DNA of 64,000 nucleotides from Spirochaetia bacterium (GTDB lineage: Bacteria > Spirochaetota > Spirochaetia > SZUA-6 > Bin103), in contig CBDATQ010000001.1 of NCBI GenBank assembly GCA_965199955.1, forward strand, positions 480,001 to 544,000. Reading direction: 5' to 3'. Shown here one piece after another: positions 14,414 through 24,757 of this stretch. Numbering within the stretch: the stretch's first letter is position 1; every line of letters begins with the position of its first letter. The notes under the pieces are model-generated. The model worked only from the letters and a program-made list of their open reading frames with translations. It ran no database searches and was not told the origin of the DNA. The position numbers and the translations under genes were made by a program.

Positions 14414-15901
14414 GTGCTGTTTGCCGAACTGGCCACGGTCTCGTCAGAGGTAGGCGCCACGCGCAGCCGGAGCGCCAAGGTGAAGGCGCTGGCCGAGTGC
14501 CTGCGGGCGCTCGCCGATGGCGACGAGCCGGTCGCGCTGGCCGCCGGTGTGTGCTTCCTGGCCGGAAGGCTCCGCCAGGGCCGCCTGGGAGTCGGGCCTG
14601 CAGCGATGCGGCGGCTGGGAGAGCTGCCCACGGCAGCCACCTCCGCGCTCACCGTGGGCGACGTCGATCGTGCCCTCGCCGAATTCGAACGGCAACGGCC
14701 GCGGCGGGTCGACCGGCTGCAGCCGCTGGTGCGCCGGGCTGCCGCGGATGAGCGCGACTACCTGCTGCGGCTACTGATCGGCGAGGTGCGGCAGGGCGCG
14801 CTGGAGGGCCTGCTGGTGGACGCTGTCGCCGCGGCGGCGGAGGTGCCACTGGACCGGGTGCGCCGCGCGCTCATGGTGTCGGGAGACTTGCCGGCGGTGG
14901 CGCAGGCGGCGCTGCGCGACAGCGGCGACGGATTGAAGGCGTTTCAGCTTCAGGTGTTCCAGCCGGTGGAGCCGATGCTCGCGCAGTCGGCGCCGACGGT
15001 TGCGGCTGCGCTGCAGCGCACTGGCGACGCCGCCGTGGAGGCCAAGCTGGATGGCATGCGGGTGCAGATCCACCGCGATGGGGACGCGGTGCGGGTCTTC
15101 ACGCGCAGCCTGCGCGACGTCACGGGCGGGGTGCCGGCGGCGGTGGCGGCCGCGAAGCGGCTGCGGGCCGGGTCGGCGGTGGTCGACGGCGAGGCGATCG
15201 CGCTGGGCTCCGGGGGGCGTCCGCGTCCGTTCCAGGAGACCATGAGCGCGGCCGGCCGGGCCTCCATCTTCCTGTTCGATTGCCTGTTCCTGGACGGCAG
15301 GGACCTGACCGGCGAGCCGTGGTCGGAGCGGCGGCAGGCGCTTGCCGGGATCTGCCCGGCCGATCTGCTGGTCGACGCGGTGGAGACCGGCGACGCGGAG
15401 GAGGCGCAGCGGTTCGTCGACCGGACCTTGCAGGCCGGGCACGAGGGCGTCGTGGTCAAGGCGGCGGACGGCACCTACGAGGCCGGCCGGCGAGGTCATG
15501 CCTGGATCAAGGTCAAGCCGGCGCTGACGCTCGACCTGGTGGTGCTGGCCGTCGAGTGGGGCTCGGGGCGCCGGGCGGGCTACCTGAGCAACCTGCACCT
15601 GGGAGCGCGCGATCCCGCTGGCGGCTTCGTGATGCTAGGCAAGACCTTCAAGGGCATGACCGACGAGGTCCTGCGCTGGCAGACCGAGCGGCTGCAGCAA
15701 CTGGCGACGCGCCGCGAGGGCCACGTCGTGCACGTGCGGCCGGAGCTGGTGGTGGAGATCGCCTTCGACGGCATCCTGACCAGCCGGCGCTACCCGGGCG
15801 GCATGGCACTGCGCTTCGCCCGCCTGCGGCAGTACCGGGAAGACAAGAGGGCCGCGCAGGCCGACACCATCGATACCGTACGGCAACTCCACCGCCGATG
15901 A
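14414..15901 (+). CDS. ATP-dependent DNA ligase (LigB/archaeal-type)
   Basis: EAKLDGMRVQIH (KxDG), DGE, FDCL, EGVVVK, WIKVK, LRFAR; start placed at GTG 14414 (ORF is open from 14366). Confidence 0.92.
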   Translation: MLFAELATVSSEVGATRSRSAKVKALAECLRALADGDEPVALAAGVCFLAGRLRQGRLGVGPAAMRRLGELPTAATSALTVGDVDRALAEFERQRPRRVDRLQPLVRRAAADERDYLLRLLIGEVRQGALEGLLVDAVAAAAEVPLDRVRRALMVSGDLPAVAQAALRDSGDGLKAFQLQVFQPVEPMLAQSAPTVAAALQRTGDAAVEAKLDGMRVQIHRDGDAVRVFTRSLRDVTGGVPAAVAAAKRLRAGSAVVDGEAIALGSGGRPRPFQETMSAAGRASIFLFDCLFLDGRDLTGEPWSERRQALAGICPADLLVDAVETGDAEEAQRFVDRTLQAGHEGVVVKAADGTYEAGRRGHAWIKVKPALTLDLVVLAVEWGSGRRAGYLSNLHLGARDPAGGFVMLGKTFKGMTDEVLRWQTERLQQLATRREGHVVHVRPELVVEIAFDGILTSRRYPGGMALRFARLRQYREDKRAAQADTIDTVRQLHRR

Positions 15902-16059
15902 TCCCGGCTGCCTGGACTACCCGTAGTGGCGGATGGTGCGCTGCAGCGCTTCGGGAATGGCGGAAGATCTCCTCTCGATCCAGGGTCCCAGGATCCACGG
16001 TCATCAGGCCAGCGCGGTCGGCAGTCATGGCCCCATCTTGTCCCGATCGGCATGTGGCG

Positions 16060-17136
16060 CTACAGGAGCGCCTTGACCAGGAGCAGGCTGAGCAGGGCGA
16101 GGAGCGCGGCGGCCAGCAGCCCGATCGCGAGCGGCCTGCCGCCGATGCGCAGCAGCCCGGTGACGTGGACGCCCAGGCCGACCCCGGCCATCGCCACGCT
16201 GGCCAGGAAGCCGGCGACGATCGTCAGCAGCCGCTCCGCGGAGAGGGTCACGTCGCCGGCGCCCCAGGCGAAGCTTTCGTGCAGGTGGAGCGTGACGGAG
16301 GGCAGCAGGTCCAGGCTCTGCAGCGTGGCCACGGCCACGAAGCCCAGGATGAACGGCGGCACCAGGGTGGTGATGCTGAACGGCTTGCCGACGTACGGCT
16401 GCCGGCTGCGGCGTCGCATGCGTCCGTACCACAGGCCGATGAGCACCACGCACGGAGCGAGCAGCAGCACGCGCACGAGCTTGACCACGACGGCGATCTC
16501 CGCCGCCTCGGTGCCGTAGGCGAAGCCGGCCGCCACCACCTGCGCGGTCGCGTGGATGCTGCTGCCGGCCCACACGCCGAACTCGCCCTGGGTCAGTCCG
16601 AGCAGCGCGCCGGCGGCGGGAAAGACGATCATCCACAGCAGACCGAGCAGGTTGATCGCGGCGATCGAGAACGCCGTTTCGCTCTCGTTCGCTTCCAGGA
16701 CGGGCGCCGTGACCGCGATGGCGGTGCTGCCGCAGATCGCCGTGCCGACCCCGACCAGCAGGCCGAGCTTGCGCGACGCGCCCAGCCTGAGCGCCAGCCA
16801 CACCGTCCCCAGCAGCGCCACGGCCACGCAGACCACGTTGATCGCCAGTCCCCGCACCGTGGCGTCCAGCAGCAGGCGGAAGTCGAGCCGCACGCCGATC
16901 AGGACGATGGCCGCGGGCAGCACGCCGTGCACGGCGAAGCGCACCCCGTCGCGCGCAGCCCGCGGCAGCCCGATCAGGTTGCGCACCAGCGCGCCGATGA
17001 CGATGGCGATCAGCATCGGCTCGATCGGGTGGCGGTCGCCGATCGTGAAGGGCGCGAACGGCAGGCCGTGAACGAACTGCGCGGCGATGGCGACCGCGGC
17101 GGCGATCGCGAGGCCGGGACCGTAGGTCGCGCTCAT
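16060..17136 (-). CDS. YeiH/UPF0324 putative sulfate-exporter membrane protein
   Basis: GTAICGSTAIA, GSSIHATAQVVAAG, VVKLVRV; many TM helices. Confidence 0.88.
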   Translation of the reverse strand: MSATYGPGLAIAAAVAIAAQFVHGLPFAPFTIGDRHPIEPMLIAIVIGALVRNLIGLPRAARDGVRFAVHGVLPAAIVLIGVRLDFRLLLDATVRGLAINVVCVAVALLGTVWLALRLGASRKLGLLVGVGTAICGSTAIAVTAPVLEANESETAFSIAAINLLGLLWMIVFPAAGALLGLTQGEFGVWAGSSIHATAQVVAAGFAYGTEAAEIAVVVKLVRVLLLAPCVVLIGLWYGRMRRRSRQPYVGKPFSITTLVPPFILGFVAVATLQSLDLLPSVTLHLHESFAWGAGDVTLSAERLLTIVAGFLASVAMAGVGLGVHVTGLLRIGGRPLAIGLLAAALLALLSLLLVKALL

Positions 17137-17154
17137 CGGGAACCCATGCGGCGC

Positions 17155-18102
<948 letters not shown>

Positions 18103-18120
18103 CGCCGCGCCTCCCCGTCC

Positions 18121-18831
18121 TTACCCGGAGTGCTCGGTGCCCTCGCGGTAGCGGGCGATCTGGGCGTTGAGCTGGTCGATCTCGCCCTGCAGCCGCTCCA
18201 GGGACAGTTGCAGGGGGTCGGGCAGCGCGGTGTGCTCCAGGTTGGCTCCTTCCTCCATGCGCACCCCGCCCCGGCGGGAGACGCGGCCGGGCACGCCCAC
18301 CACCGTGGCGTCCGGCGGGACGTCCCGCACCACCACCGCGTTGGCGCCGACGGTGACGTTGGCGCCGATGTTTGTGTTGCCCAGGATCTTGGCGCCGGCG
18401 CCGACCACGACGTTGTCGCCCAGGGTGGGGTGGCGCTTGCCCTGCCGGCTGCCGGTGCCGCCCAGGGTCACCCCCTGGAACAGCGTCACGTCGCGGCCGA
18501 TGACGGAGGTCTCACCGATGACCACCCCCATGCCGTGGTCGATGAACAGGCCGGGCCCGATGTCAGCCCCCGGATGGATCTCGATGCCGGTGAGCAGGCG
18601 CGCGACGGCGGCCAACGCTCGCGGCACGATCGGCAGGTGCAGCCGCCACAGTGGGTGGGCGACGCGGTGCACGACCAGCGCATGGAATCCGGCGTAGGTG
18701 AGGATGATCGACAGGCTGCTGGTCGCCGCCGGATCACGCTCGCGCGCGGCGCGGATCTCGTCGGCGAACACCAGCCGGACGGCCACCAGACAGGCGGCCA
18801 GCGCCGCGACGACGATGGCGGCGGTCAGCAC
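18121..18831 (-). CDS. cysE: Serine O-acetyltransferase with a hydrophobic N-terminal extension
   Basis: RDPAA, TGIEIHPGA, FIDHGMGVVIGET, GVTLGGTG..KRHPT. Confidence 0.95.
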   Translation of the reverse strand: MLTAAIVVAALAACLVAVRLVFADEIRAARERDPAATSSLSIILTYAGFHALVVHRVAHPLWRLHLPIVPRALAAVARLLTGIEIHPGADIGPGLFIDHGMGVVIGETSVIGRDVTLFQGVTLGGTGSRQGKRHPTLGDNVVVGAGAKILGNTNIGANVTVGANAVVVRDVPPDATVVGVPGRVSRRGGVRMEEGANLEHTALPDPLQLSLERLQGEIDQLNAQIARYREGTEHSG

Positions 18832-18835
18832 TGCA

Positions 18836-18958
18836 TCAGCACTCGGAGTGGCCGCAGTTGCCGCAGGTCTGGCAGCCCTCGGCGTGCACGAGGCTCGCCT
18901 CGCCGCACTCCGGACAGAGATCGGCGGCCGGCTGTCGGTCCGTCAGCCATGTTCTCTG
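18836..18958 (-). pseudogene. Cys-rich C-terminal tail of a class II ribonucleotide reductase (nrdJ remnant), in frame with nrdR after its TAG
   Basis: Hand translation: QRTWLTDRQPAADLCPECGEASLVHAEGCQTCGNCGHSEC*; matches the CPxCG..EGCxxCxxCGxSxC NrdJ tail pattern. Confidence 0.75.
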
Positions 18959-19441
18959 CTATACGGACGCCGGTTCCTCGTACGGTTCCTCCGTACGGCC
19001 CTCCAGCCGGTCGATCTCATTCCGGAACGCCCCCGTATCGGTGAAGCGTCCGTAGACGGATGCGAAGCGGACGTAGGCGACCTCGTCCAGGTGCCGGAGC
19101 TGCTCGGTGATCAGTTCGCCGATCGTCCGCGAGCTGACCTCCGGGCCCAAAGCGCGCAGCCGCGTCTCCAGGTCGTCGACGACACGGGTCAGCCGGGCCG
19201 CGGACACCGGCCGCTTGGCGCACGCCTTCTGCAAACCGACCATCACCTTGTCGCGCTCGAACGCCTCGCGGCTGCCGTTCGCCTTGACCACCGTCGGCGC
19301 GCTCTGCTCGACGTGCTCGTAGGTGGTGAAGCGATGCGCGCACGCGCGGCAACTCCTCCTCCGCCGGACCGCACGCCCGTCGTCGAGCGGGCGCGAGTCG
19401 ATGACGCGGCTGTCCTGCGAGTGACATGCGGGGCAGCGAAT
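18959..19441 (-). CDS. nrdR: Transcriptional repressor NrdR
   Basis: xRCPAC..SRVIDSR..RRRRSC..C..RFTTYE, ATP-cone, DEVAYVRFASVY; ATT codon at the position of the conserved Met, 7 nt after GGAGG. Confidence 0.95.
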   Translation of the reverse strand: MRCPACHSQDSRVIDSRPLDDGRAVRRRRSCRACAHRFTTYEHVEQSAPTVVKANGSREAFERDKVMVGLQKACAKRPVSAARLTRVVDDLETRLRALGPEVSSRTIGELITEQLRHLDEVAYVRFASVYGRFTDTGAFRNEIDRLEGRTEEPYEEPASV

Positions 19442-19451
19442 GTCCAGACCT

Positions 19452-19499
19452 CCACAAGATATAGTATTCAAGATCGAACGATCTCACTATATGATGTCC
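19452..19499. promoter_or_regulatory. Tandem NrdR boxes
   Basis: CCACAAGATATAGTAT (19452-19467) and TCACTATATGATGTCC (19484-19499), 32 bp apart, match acaCwAtATaTwGtgt; TTGACA on the minus strand at 19502-19507. Confidence 0.8.
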
Positions 19500-19522
19500 A
19501 TTGTCAATACCGATGGGCCTGA

Positions 19523-19939
19523 CTTAGATCGAAGTCACGACCTCCAGCTAGCCGGCGAAGTCGTCAGCCGGTCGCTCAGGTCGTCCACCAGGAGCGGACT
19601 GAGCTGTTCGTCGGTCCGCTTCCGCCACCCGATCAGCTCAAAGCCTACAACGAAGCGCACCCCGACGCCGCCCACCGGGTCCTCGCGATGGCTGAACAAC
19701 AAGCGGAGCACCGGAGGAGCCAGGAAGCCGCGATCGTGAAAAGCGAGATCAAGAAGTCCTTTCTGGGTCAGTGTTTCGCCTTCATGATCGCCGCCGCGCT
19801 TGTCTTCGGCGGCATCTTCCTTCTGTACTTCGAGAAGAAGATCGCGGGCTTTGGTAGCATCGGAACCGCCGTCGGATCGGCGATCATCGTCTTCTGGATG
19901 GGACGAAGAATGCAGAGCCGCGAGCGCACTCAGAAGTAG
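19523..19939 (+). CDS. DUF2335-like predicted membrane protein (start unclear, possibly a 5'-truncated pseudogene)
   Basis: FVGPLPPPDQLKAYNEAHPDAAHRVLAMAEQQAEHR plus two TM helices; the frame opens after TGA 19520-19522 and has no ATG/GTG/TTG before the motif. Confidence 0.6.
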   Translation, partial: LRSKSRPPASRRSRQPVAQVVHQERTELFVGPLPPPDQLKAYNEAHPDAAHRVLAMAEQQAEHRRSQEAAIVKSEIKKSFLGQCFAFMIAAALVFGGIFLLYFEKKIAGFGSIGTAVGSAIIVFWMGRRMQSRERTQK

Positions 19940-19949
19940 GACAATCACC

Positions 19950-20762
19950 ATGCATCTGGCAACCATGACCAGCGTCTGCCCGGACTGGACGCTCGACGAG
20001 ATCGTGTCGGCGATGAAGCGCCACGGCTATCGCGGGCTGGAGCCCCGTGTGGAGTGGGATCACGCCGCCGGAATAGAGGCTTCGATGACGCCGGCCGAGC
20101 GGCGTGCCGCGCGCGACCGGCTGGCCGACGACGGGCTGGAGTTCTGCTGCCTGGCCACCGGGGTGAAGATGGCGACCCCCGATGCCGCCGAGCGCGCCGG
20201 GCAGGTCGACGACCTGCGCCGCTACGTCGAGCTGGCCGGCGACTTGGGCGCGCCTTGCCTGCGGACCTTCGGAGGCGCGCATGCCCCCGGCGACCTGCTG
20301 CCGATCGTCGACTACGTGGCCGACGGCTACCGGGCGGTGATGGACGAGGCGGAGGCACGCTCGGTGACGGTGCTGATGGAGACGCACGACTTCTGGAGCG
20401 CGTCGGCCCCGGTGCGGGCGGTGGTGGAGCGCGTCGGCCACGAGCGGTGCGCGGTGCTCTGGGACCTGCTGCATCCCATGCGGGTCCTGGAGCGGCCGGA
20501 GGTGACGTTCCAGAACCTGTCGGCGTTGACCCGGCACCTGCACGTGCACGACTACGAATACGGCCCCGACGGCCGCTCGCGGGCCGCCGCGCTGGGCGAG
20601 GGCCTGTACGATCACGAGCCGCCGCTGCGCCTGCTGGCGGACGCCGGCTTCTCCGGCTACGCATCGGTGGAGATCATCCACGGCCGCGGCACCGAGCACG
20701 ACGCGGAAGGCGTCCTGGCCCAGTATGCGGGCAAGCTGCGCGAGTACCTGTCGCAGGGGTAG
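19950..20762 (+). CDS. Sugar phosphate isomerase/epimerase (xylose-isomerase-like TIM barrel)
   Basis: GYRGLE, LRTFGG, LMETHD, LWDLLH, HLHVHD, SVE. Confidence 0.85.
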   Translation: MHLATMTSVCPDWTLDEIVSAMKRHGYRGLEPRVEWDHAAGIEASMTPAERRAARDRLADDGLEFCCLATGVKMATPDAAERAGQVDDLRRYVELAGDLGAPCLRTFGGAHAPGDLLPIVDYVADGYRAVMDEAEARSVTVLMETHDFWSASAPVRAVVERVGHERCAVLWDLLHPMRVLERPEVTFQNLSALTRHLHVHDYEYGPDGRSRAAALGEGLYDHEPPLRLLADAGFSGYASVEIIHGRGTEHDAEGVLAQYAGKLREYLSQG

Positions 20763-20783
20763 CCGGCCCCTCGCGGGTAAGCG

Positions 20784-21575
20784 CTACCGGCCGTTGGCGC
20801 GGCGCAACTCCTCGAACACCTCCGGGCTCGGCGGGTAGTAGCGGCCGGGGCACACGCCTTCGGAGCGGATCTTCCGCTTGACGTAGTTCTCGGCCTCCTC
20901 CTGCTCGAGCGCCCACTCCATCACCGCCTCGGCCATCCACGACGGCACCACCAGGACGCCGTCGTTGTCGCCGACCATCACGTCACCGGGGCGCACCAGA
21001 GCGCCGCCGCACTGGATCTGCCCATTCTCCTCGGCCGGGGTCGCCTCCACGCTGCCGTGGAAGCTGCGCTGCGTGGCGTACACGGTCAGCCCGTAGTCCT
21101 CGTCGATGATCACGTCGAGGTCGCGGATGGCGCCGTCGATCACCACGCCGGCCGCACGGTTCATGGCGAGCTGCAGCAGCTTGACGTCGCCGGCCACCAC
21201 GTCCTTGCGTGAGCCCATGATGTCCGCCACCAGGACGTCGCCCGGTCCGCACCGTCCCATCGCCAGGAACTCCAATTCATCCTCGCCGCCGGTTCTCTCG
21301 CTCGCCAGGTCGGGCCGCACGGGGAGGAACCTGAGCGTCCGCGCCCGCGCGGCGAACCGCTCCCGGCCGGGCGTGAGCCTGGTCAATCCCTCGCAGACGT
21401 TCAGCCGGGAGCCGAAGTTGCAGACCCCGGCGTACACGGTCACCGTCGGGATCGACTTCAATCCATCCAGGACTTCCTGCGGTACTTCCACGGGCTTCAT
21501 GTCGAATGTGGGCATCTGCATGATCTCAAGTGAGGAATGATACCGTCTCGATGCGTGCGGCATGGAGACCATCAC
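20784..21575 (-). CDS. RraA/HMG-aldolase family protein
   Basis: ARARTLRFLP.RPDL, GDVLVAD, GVVIDGAIRD, VRPGDVMVGDNDGV. Confidence 0.85.
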   Translation of the reverse strand: MMVSMPHASRRYHSSLEIMQMPTFDMKPVEVPQEVLDGLKSIPTVTVYAGVCNFGSRLNVCEGLTRLTPGRERFAARARTLRFLPVRPDLASERTGGEDELEFLAMGRCGPGDVLVADIMGSRKDVVAGDVKLLQLAMNRAAGVVIDGAIRDLDVIIDEDYGLTVYATQRSFHGSVEATPAEENGQIQCGGALVRPGDVMVGDNDGVLVVPSWMAEAVMEWALEQEEAENYVKRKIRSEGVCPGRYYPPSPEVFEELRRANGR

Positions 21576-22606
21576 TCGAGAATGCTCGGATCGACGTCGT
21601 GGGCGATGCAGGCGACGCAGTCGCCCTGGCCGACGAGGGAGGGGCCGCGGCTGCCGAGGAGCACGCCCGCCGTCAGCGCGACGACGGCAGCCGGCTCCCG
21701 GTCCGGGCGCTCGAGGAAGTGGACCTGACCGACCTTCTCCCCATCCTCCACACTGCTGCCCAGATCGACGACGCTCTCGTAGATCCCCGACTCGGGCGCG
21801 AAGCGGTAGTCCTGGCGGTCGAGTGACTGCACCCAGCGCGTCGGCGGCAGGCCGAGCTCGGCTCGCGAGCGCTTCTTCCCCGCCACGACGCCGAGGTGGA
21901 CCAGCACGTTGCTCAGACCTTCCTGGCTCAGCCGGTGCACCCTTGCCGCGACGGGCTCGCCGCCGCCCATCTCCGTCGTGACGACGACCTTGCCCTGGCG
22001 CTCCGCCTCGACGGGCAGCAAACCGCTTCCGGCGATGTCGGTGTAGAGCAACGCAAAATCCGTGTTGTACGCTTCCGCTGCGGCCACCATCTTCCGGCGT
22101 TGATCACGGTCCGGCACCAGGTGCATGTGAGCGCACGGATAGAAGTCGAAGCTGCGCCCACCGGAGTGCAGGTCGATGACGGCGTCCGCCATGGGGAATA
22201 GGTGGGTCGTCACGTAGTGCGCCAGCATCTCCGAAACGGAGCCGGTCGGATCGCCGGGGAAGCAGCGGTTGAAGTTCCTGCCGTCCAGCGGTGAGAGGCG
22301 TGCGGCGGCCTTCGACGCGGGCACGCTGAGCGCCGGGATCATGATGAGCCGGCCTCGGACAATCTCGAGTGGCAGGTCCCGGCAAAGCTTGAGGATCGCG
22401 ACCTGCCCCGGATACTCGTCGCCGTGGTTTCCCGCCATGAGCAGGACGGTCGGGCCCTCGCCGGCGGCGAGCACCGCTATCGGCACCTGCAGGTTGGCCC
22501 AGCCGCCGAGGTTGTGCGAGTAGGGAACCGCGAGGTGACCGATTTGCTTGCCGGGCTTCTCGTAGTCGACGGTAGCGCTGATCTGCGTGCTTTCCATTGT
22601 TCGCAA
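21572..22606 (-). CDS. Succinylglutamate desuccinylase/aspartoacylase family (DoeB-like deacylase)
   Basis: GNHGDEYPG, NFNRCFPG, IDLHSGG, TTEMGGG; the start may be 22597. Confidence 0.88.
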   Translation of the reverse strand: MRTMESTQISATVDYEKPGKQIGHLAVPYSHNLGGWANLQVPIAVLAAGEGPTVLLMAGNHGDEYPGQVAILKLCRDLPLEIVRGRLIMIPALSVPASKAAARLSPLDGRNFNRCFPGDPTGSVSEMLAHYVTTHLFPMADAVIDLHSGGRSFDFYPCAHMHLVPDRDQRRKMVAAAEAYNTDFALLYTDIAGSGLLPVEAERQGKVVVTTEMGGGEPVAARVHRLSQEGLSNVLVHLGVVAGKKRSRAELGLPPTRWVQSLDRQDYRFAPESGIYESVVDLGSSVEDGEKVGQVHFLERPDREPAAVVALTAGVLLGSRGPSLVGQGDCVACIAHDVDPSILE

Positions 22607-22834
22607 GCAGTGTAACGAAAGGCAGTGGCCGGGGTCTTGGTCATTCCTCCCGGGGGGCGACCCTGGGCTTCGCAGCCGTCACGGTCGGGCCGCCCACCGG
22701 CGCTCGCCGTCGTGTCAGCCGACTCCACTTCTCTACTCCCTTGCCTGTCGCCCCGCCCGGAACTCGCAACTCGCGTGGAGCCGCGCGTAACGTGCCGCGC
22801 CCACCGCGATTCGAAGTGCATTCGCGGATATAGC

Positions 22835-22887
22835 TTGACAATCGGATGCAGTCGTGCCAACGTGACACACGGACAGTTGTCTTGTCC
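22835..22887 (+). promoter_or_regulatory. Putative sigma70 promoter/operator for the sugar ABC island
   Basis: TTGACA at 22835-22840; weak -10; GGACA..TGTCC dyad at 22871-22887; AAGGAG RBS before 22909. Confidence 0.35.
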
Positions 22888-22908
22888 GAAACACCAAAAG
22901 GAGCAACG

Positions 22909-24593
22909 ATGAAAAAGATACCTCTTCTACTGTTAGTGGGGTTGTTGGGATTCTCTGCTTTCGCCACCGGTACCGGCGAGGAAAGCGATACCTCAGCACC
23001 TGCGGCGACCATGGCAACAGGGGACTTCGAGTGGGAGTATATGGCGGATACGTCGCCGATCACCATCCAGTTCTGGCAAAATACGTGGGGGGGTTGCAGG
23101 CCCGCAGTTCGCTGGGACGATGGTATGGTCTCCCAATTCATCACCCAGCAAACCGGTGTAACGCTCGATATGGAAGTGCTGGAGGGTGAAGAAGACGAAG
23201 TATTGGCACCGATGATCGCATCGGGTGACCTGCCGGAAATGCTGGCGTTCGGAAATTACACAAGTCCGCTGCTCCAGCAGATCATCGATGCCGGCATGGT
23301 ACACGCGATCGGTGACCTGATCGATGAATACGCTCCCAAGACGTGGGATCTGGTGCCGCCTGCATATCACACGTACCATACTGCCGATGACGGCAAGATG
23401 TGGTACTGGGCAGGGTTCATGTACTATGCCGAGGTGATGGAGGCCTTCGAGGAGATAAACGTGCCTTTCACGAGTGGAGAAGGCATCATGTTCACCAGGA
23501 GGGACATCCTCGAGGCTACGGCAAAGACGACATAACCACGCTGAGCGAGTACGACGACTATCTCAGATTCGCTCATGAAAACTATCCGGATGTCCTGCCG
23601 ATCGACTTCGGCGGCAGCGTGTCAGACCTGTTGTTCGGAAGGGCCGGTAACAACATGTTCCGAGGTACGTTCGGCATGCACGTCTCCGGATACTACCCGC
23701 AGGGCGACGAGGTGCAACTGCTATTCAGAGATCCCAAGTATCTGGAGTTCCTGCAATGGTTGAATAGCCTGTACCAGGATGGCCTGATCACAAGGGGCCA
23801 ATTCACCGAACAGACGCAGCAATCCGAGGAGAGACTGTACTCGGCCGGCTACGTGAGTACCGTGGGCGCCATCTTCAATGTCGATAACACGGTCAATACG
23901 ACCATCAGGCAAAATGACGGCAACGACGACAGGACGTACACCGACATCGGCCCGATCGTGAAGCAGGGCGTCGAGTTCACGAAACCGACGATCAGAAACA
24001 AGGGCTACAACGGGCTGGTAATAACCAAGAACGCCGAGCGGCCCGACAGAGCCATCAGGTTCCTCCAATGGGCACTCACCGAGGAGGGGCAAACCACGTT
24101 GATCCTGGGCGCTGAGGGAGAAACGTGGGACTGGGTTGATGGCAAGAAAGTGATGAAGCAATCAGCTCAGGATGAGCTGAACGCCAGCTTCGTGGACTAT
24201 GCCACGAAGTACGGTGTCCTCTGCAGATGGGTGCCGTTCTGCGATACTTACTACTGGACGCTGTATGTGGATGACTATCTTGGGGCCTCACCCGAACACA
24301 GGGCAACCATGGAGCAACGGCTCAAGCCGTTCGTGGTCGATGCCTGGGATCTCGGATTTGCGGAACTGGCAAGTTCATGGTTGCCTGGCAGCGACGTTGA
24401 CATCAAGCACACCCAGGTGGAGGAGGCGATGGCCGTCGCCGCATCCAGAATGGTGGTTGCCGATTCTGCGGAAGAGCTCATGAAGATCTACAACGCAGCG
24501 TTGGAAGAGATCGATCGTCTGGGCGCCCGCGACGTGGAGACCGCCTTGACCGAGGAGCATGGGAGACAATTGGCGCAGCTCGGCAGACAGTGA
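22909..24593 (+). CDS. Carbohydrate ABC substrate-binding protein (LplA-like); frameshift near 23515
   Basis: Signal MKKIPLLLLVGLLGFSAFATGTGEE; MIASGDLPE; the second frame continues YGKDDITT..AERPDRAIRFL..GAEGETW. Confidence 0.85.
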
Positions 24594-24611
24594 GTTGAGG
24601 ATGTGCATTTG

Positions 24612-24707
24612 TTCTTCGGCCGAATAGCACACGGCTCGGCCGAAGACGGTTGCACTCGGACGAAAGACCTTCAGGCACGTGAGAATCCCGGGCCTGAAGG
24701 TCTTTTT
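24612..24707 (+). terminator. Double hairpin / intrinsic terminator after the SBP gene
   Basis: TCTTCGGCCGA..TCGGCCGAAGA, then AAAGACCTTCAGGC..GCCTGAAGGTCTTT followed by a T-run. Confidence 0.75.
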
Positions 24708-24757
24708 GTGTAAGTGACTACCAGCGATCAGGTCGGGTCGGGAGCCAGGGAGCAAGA

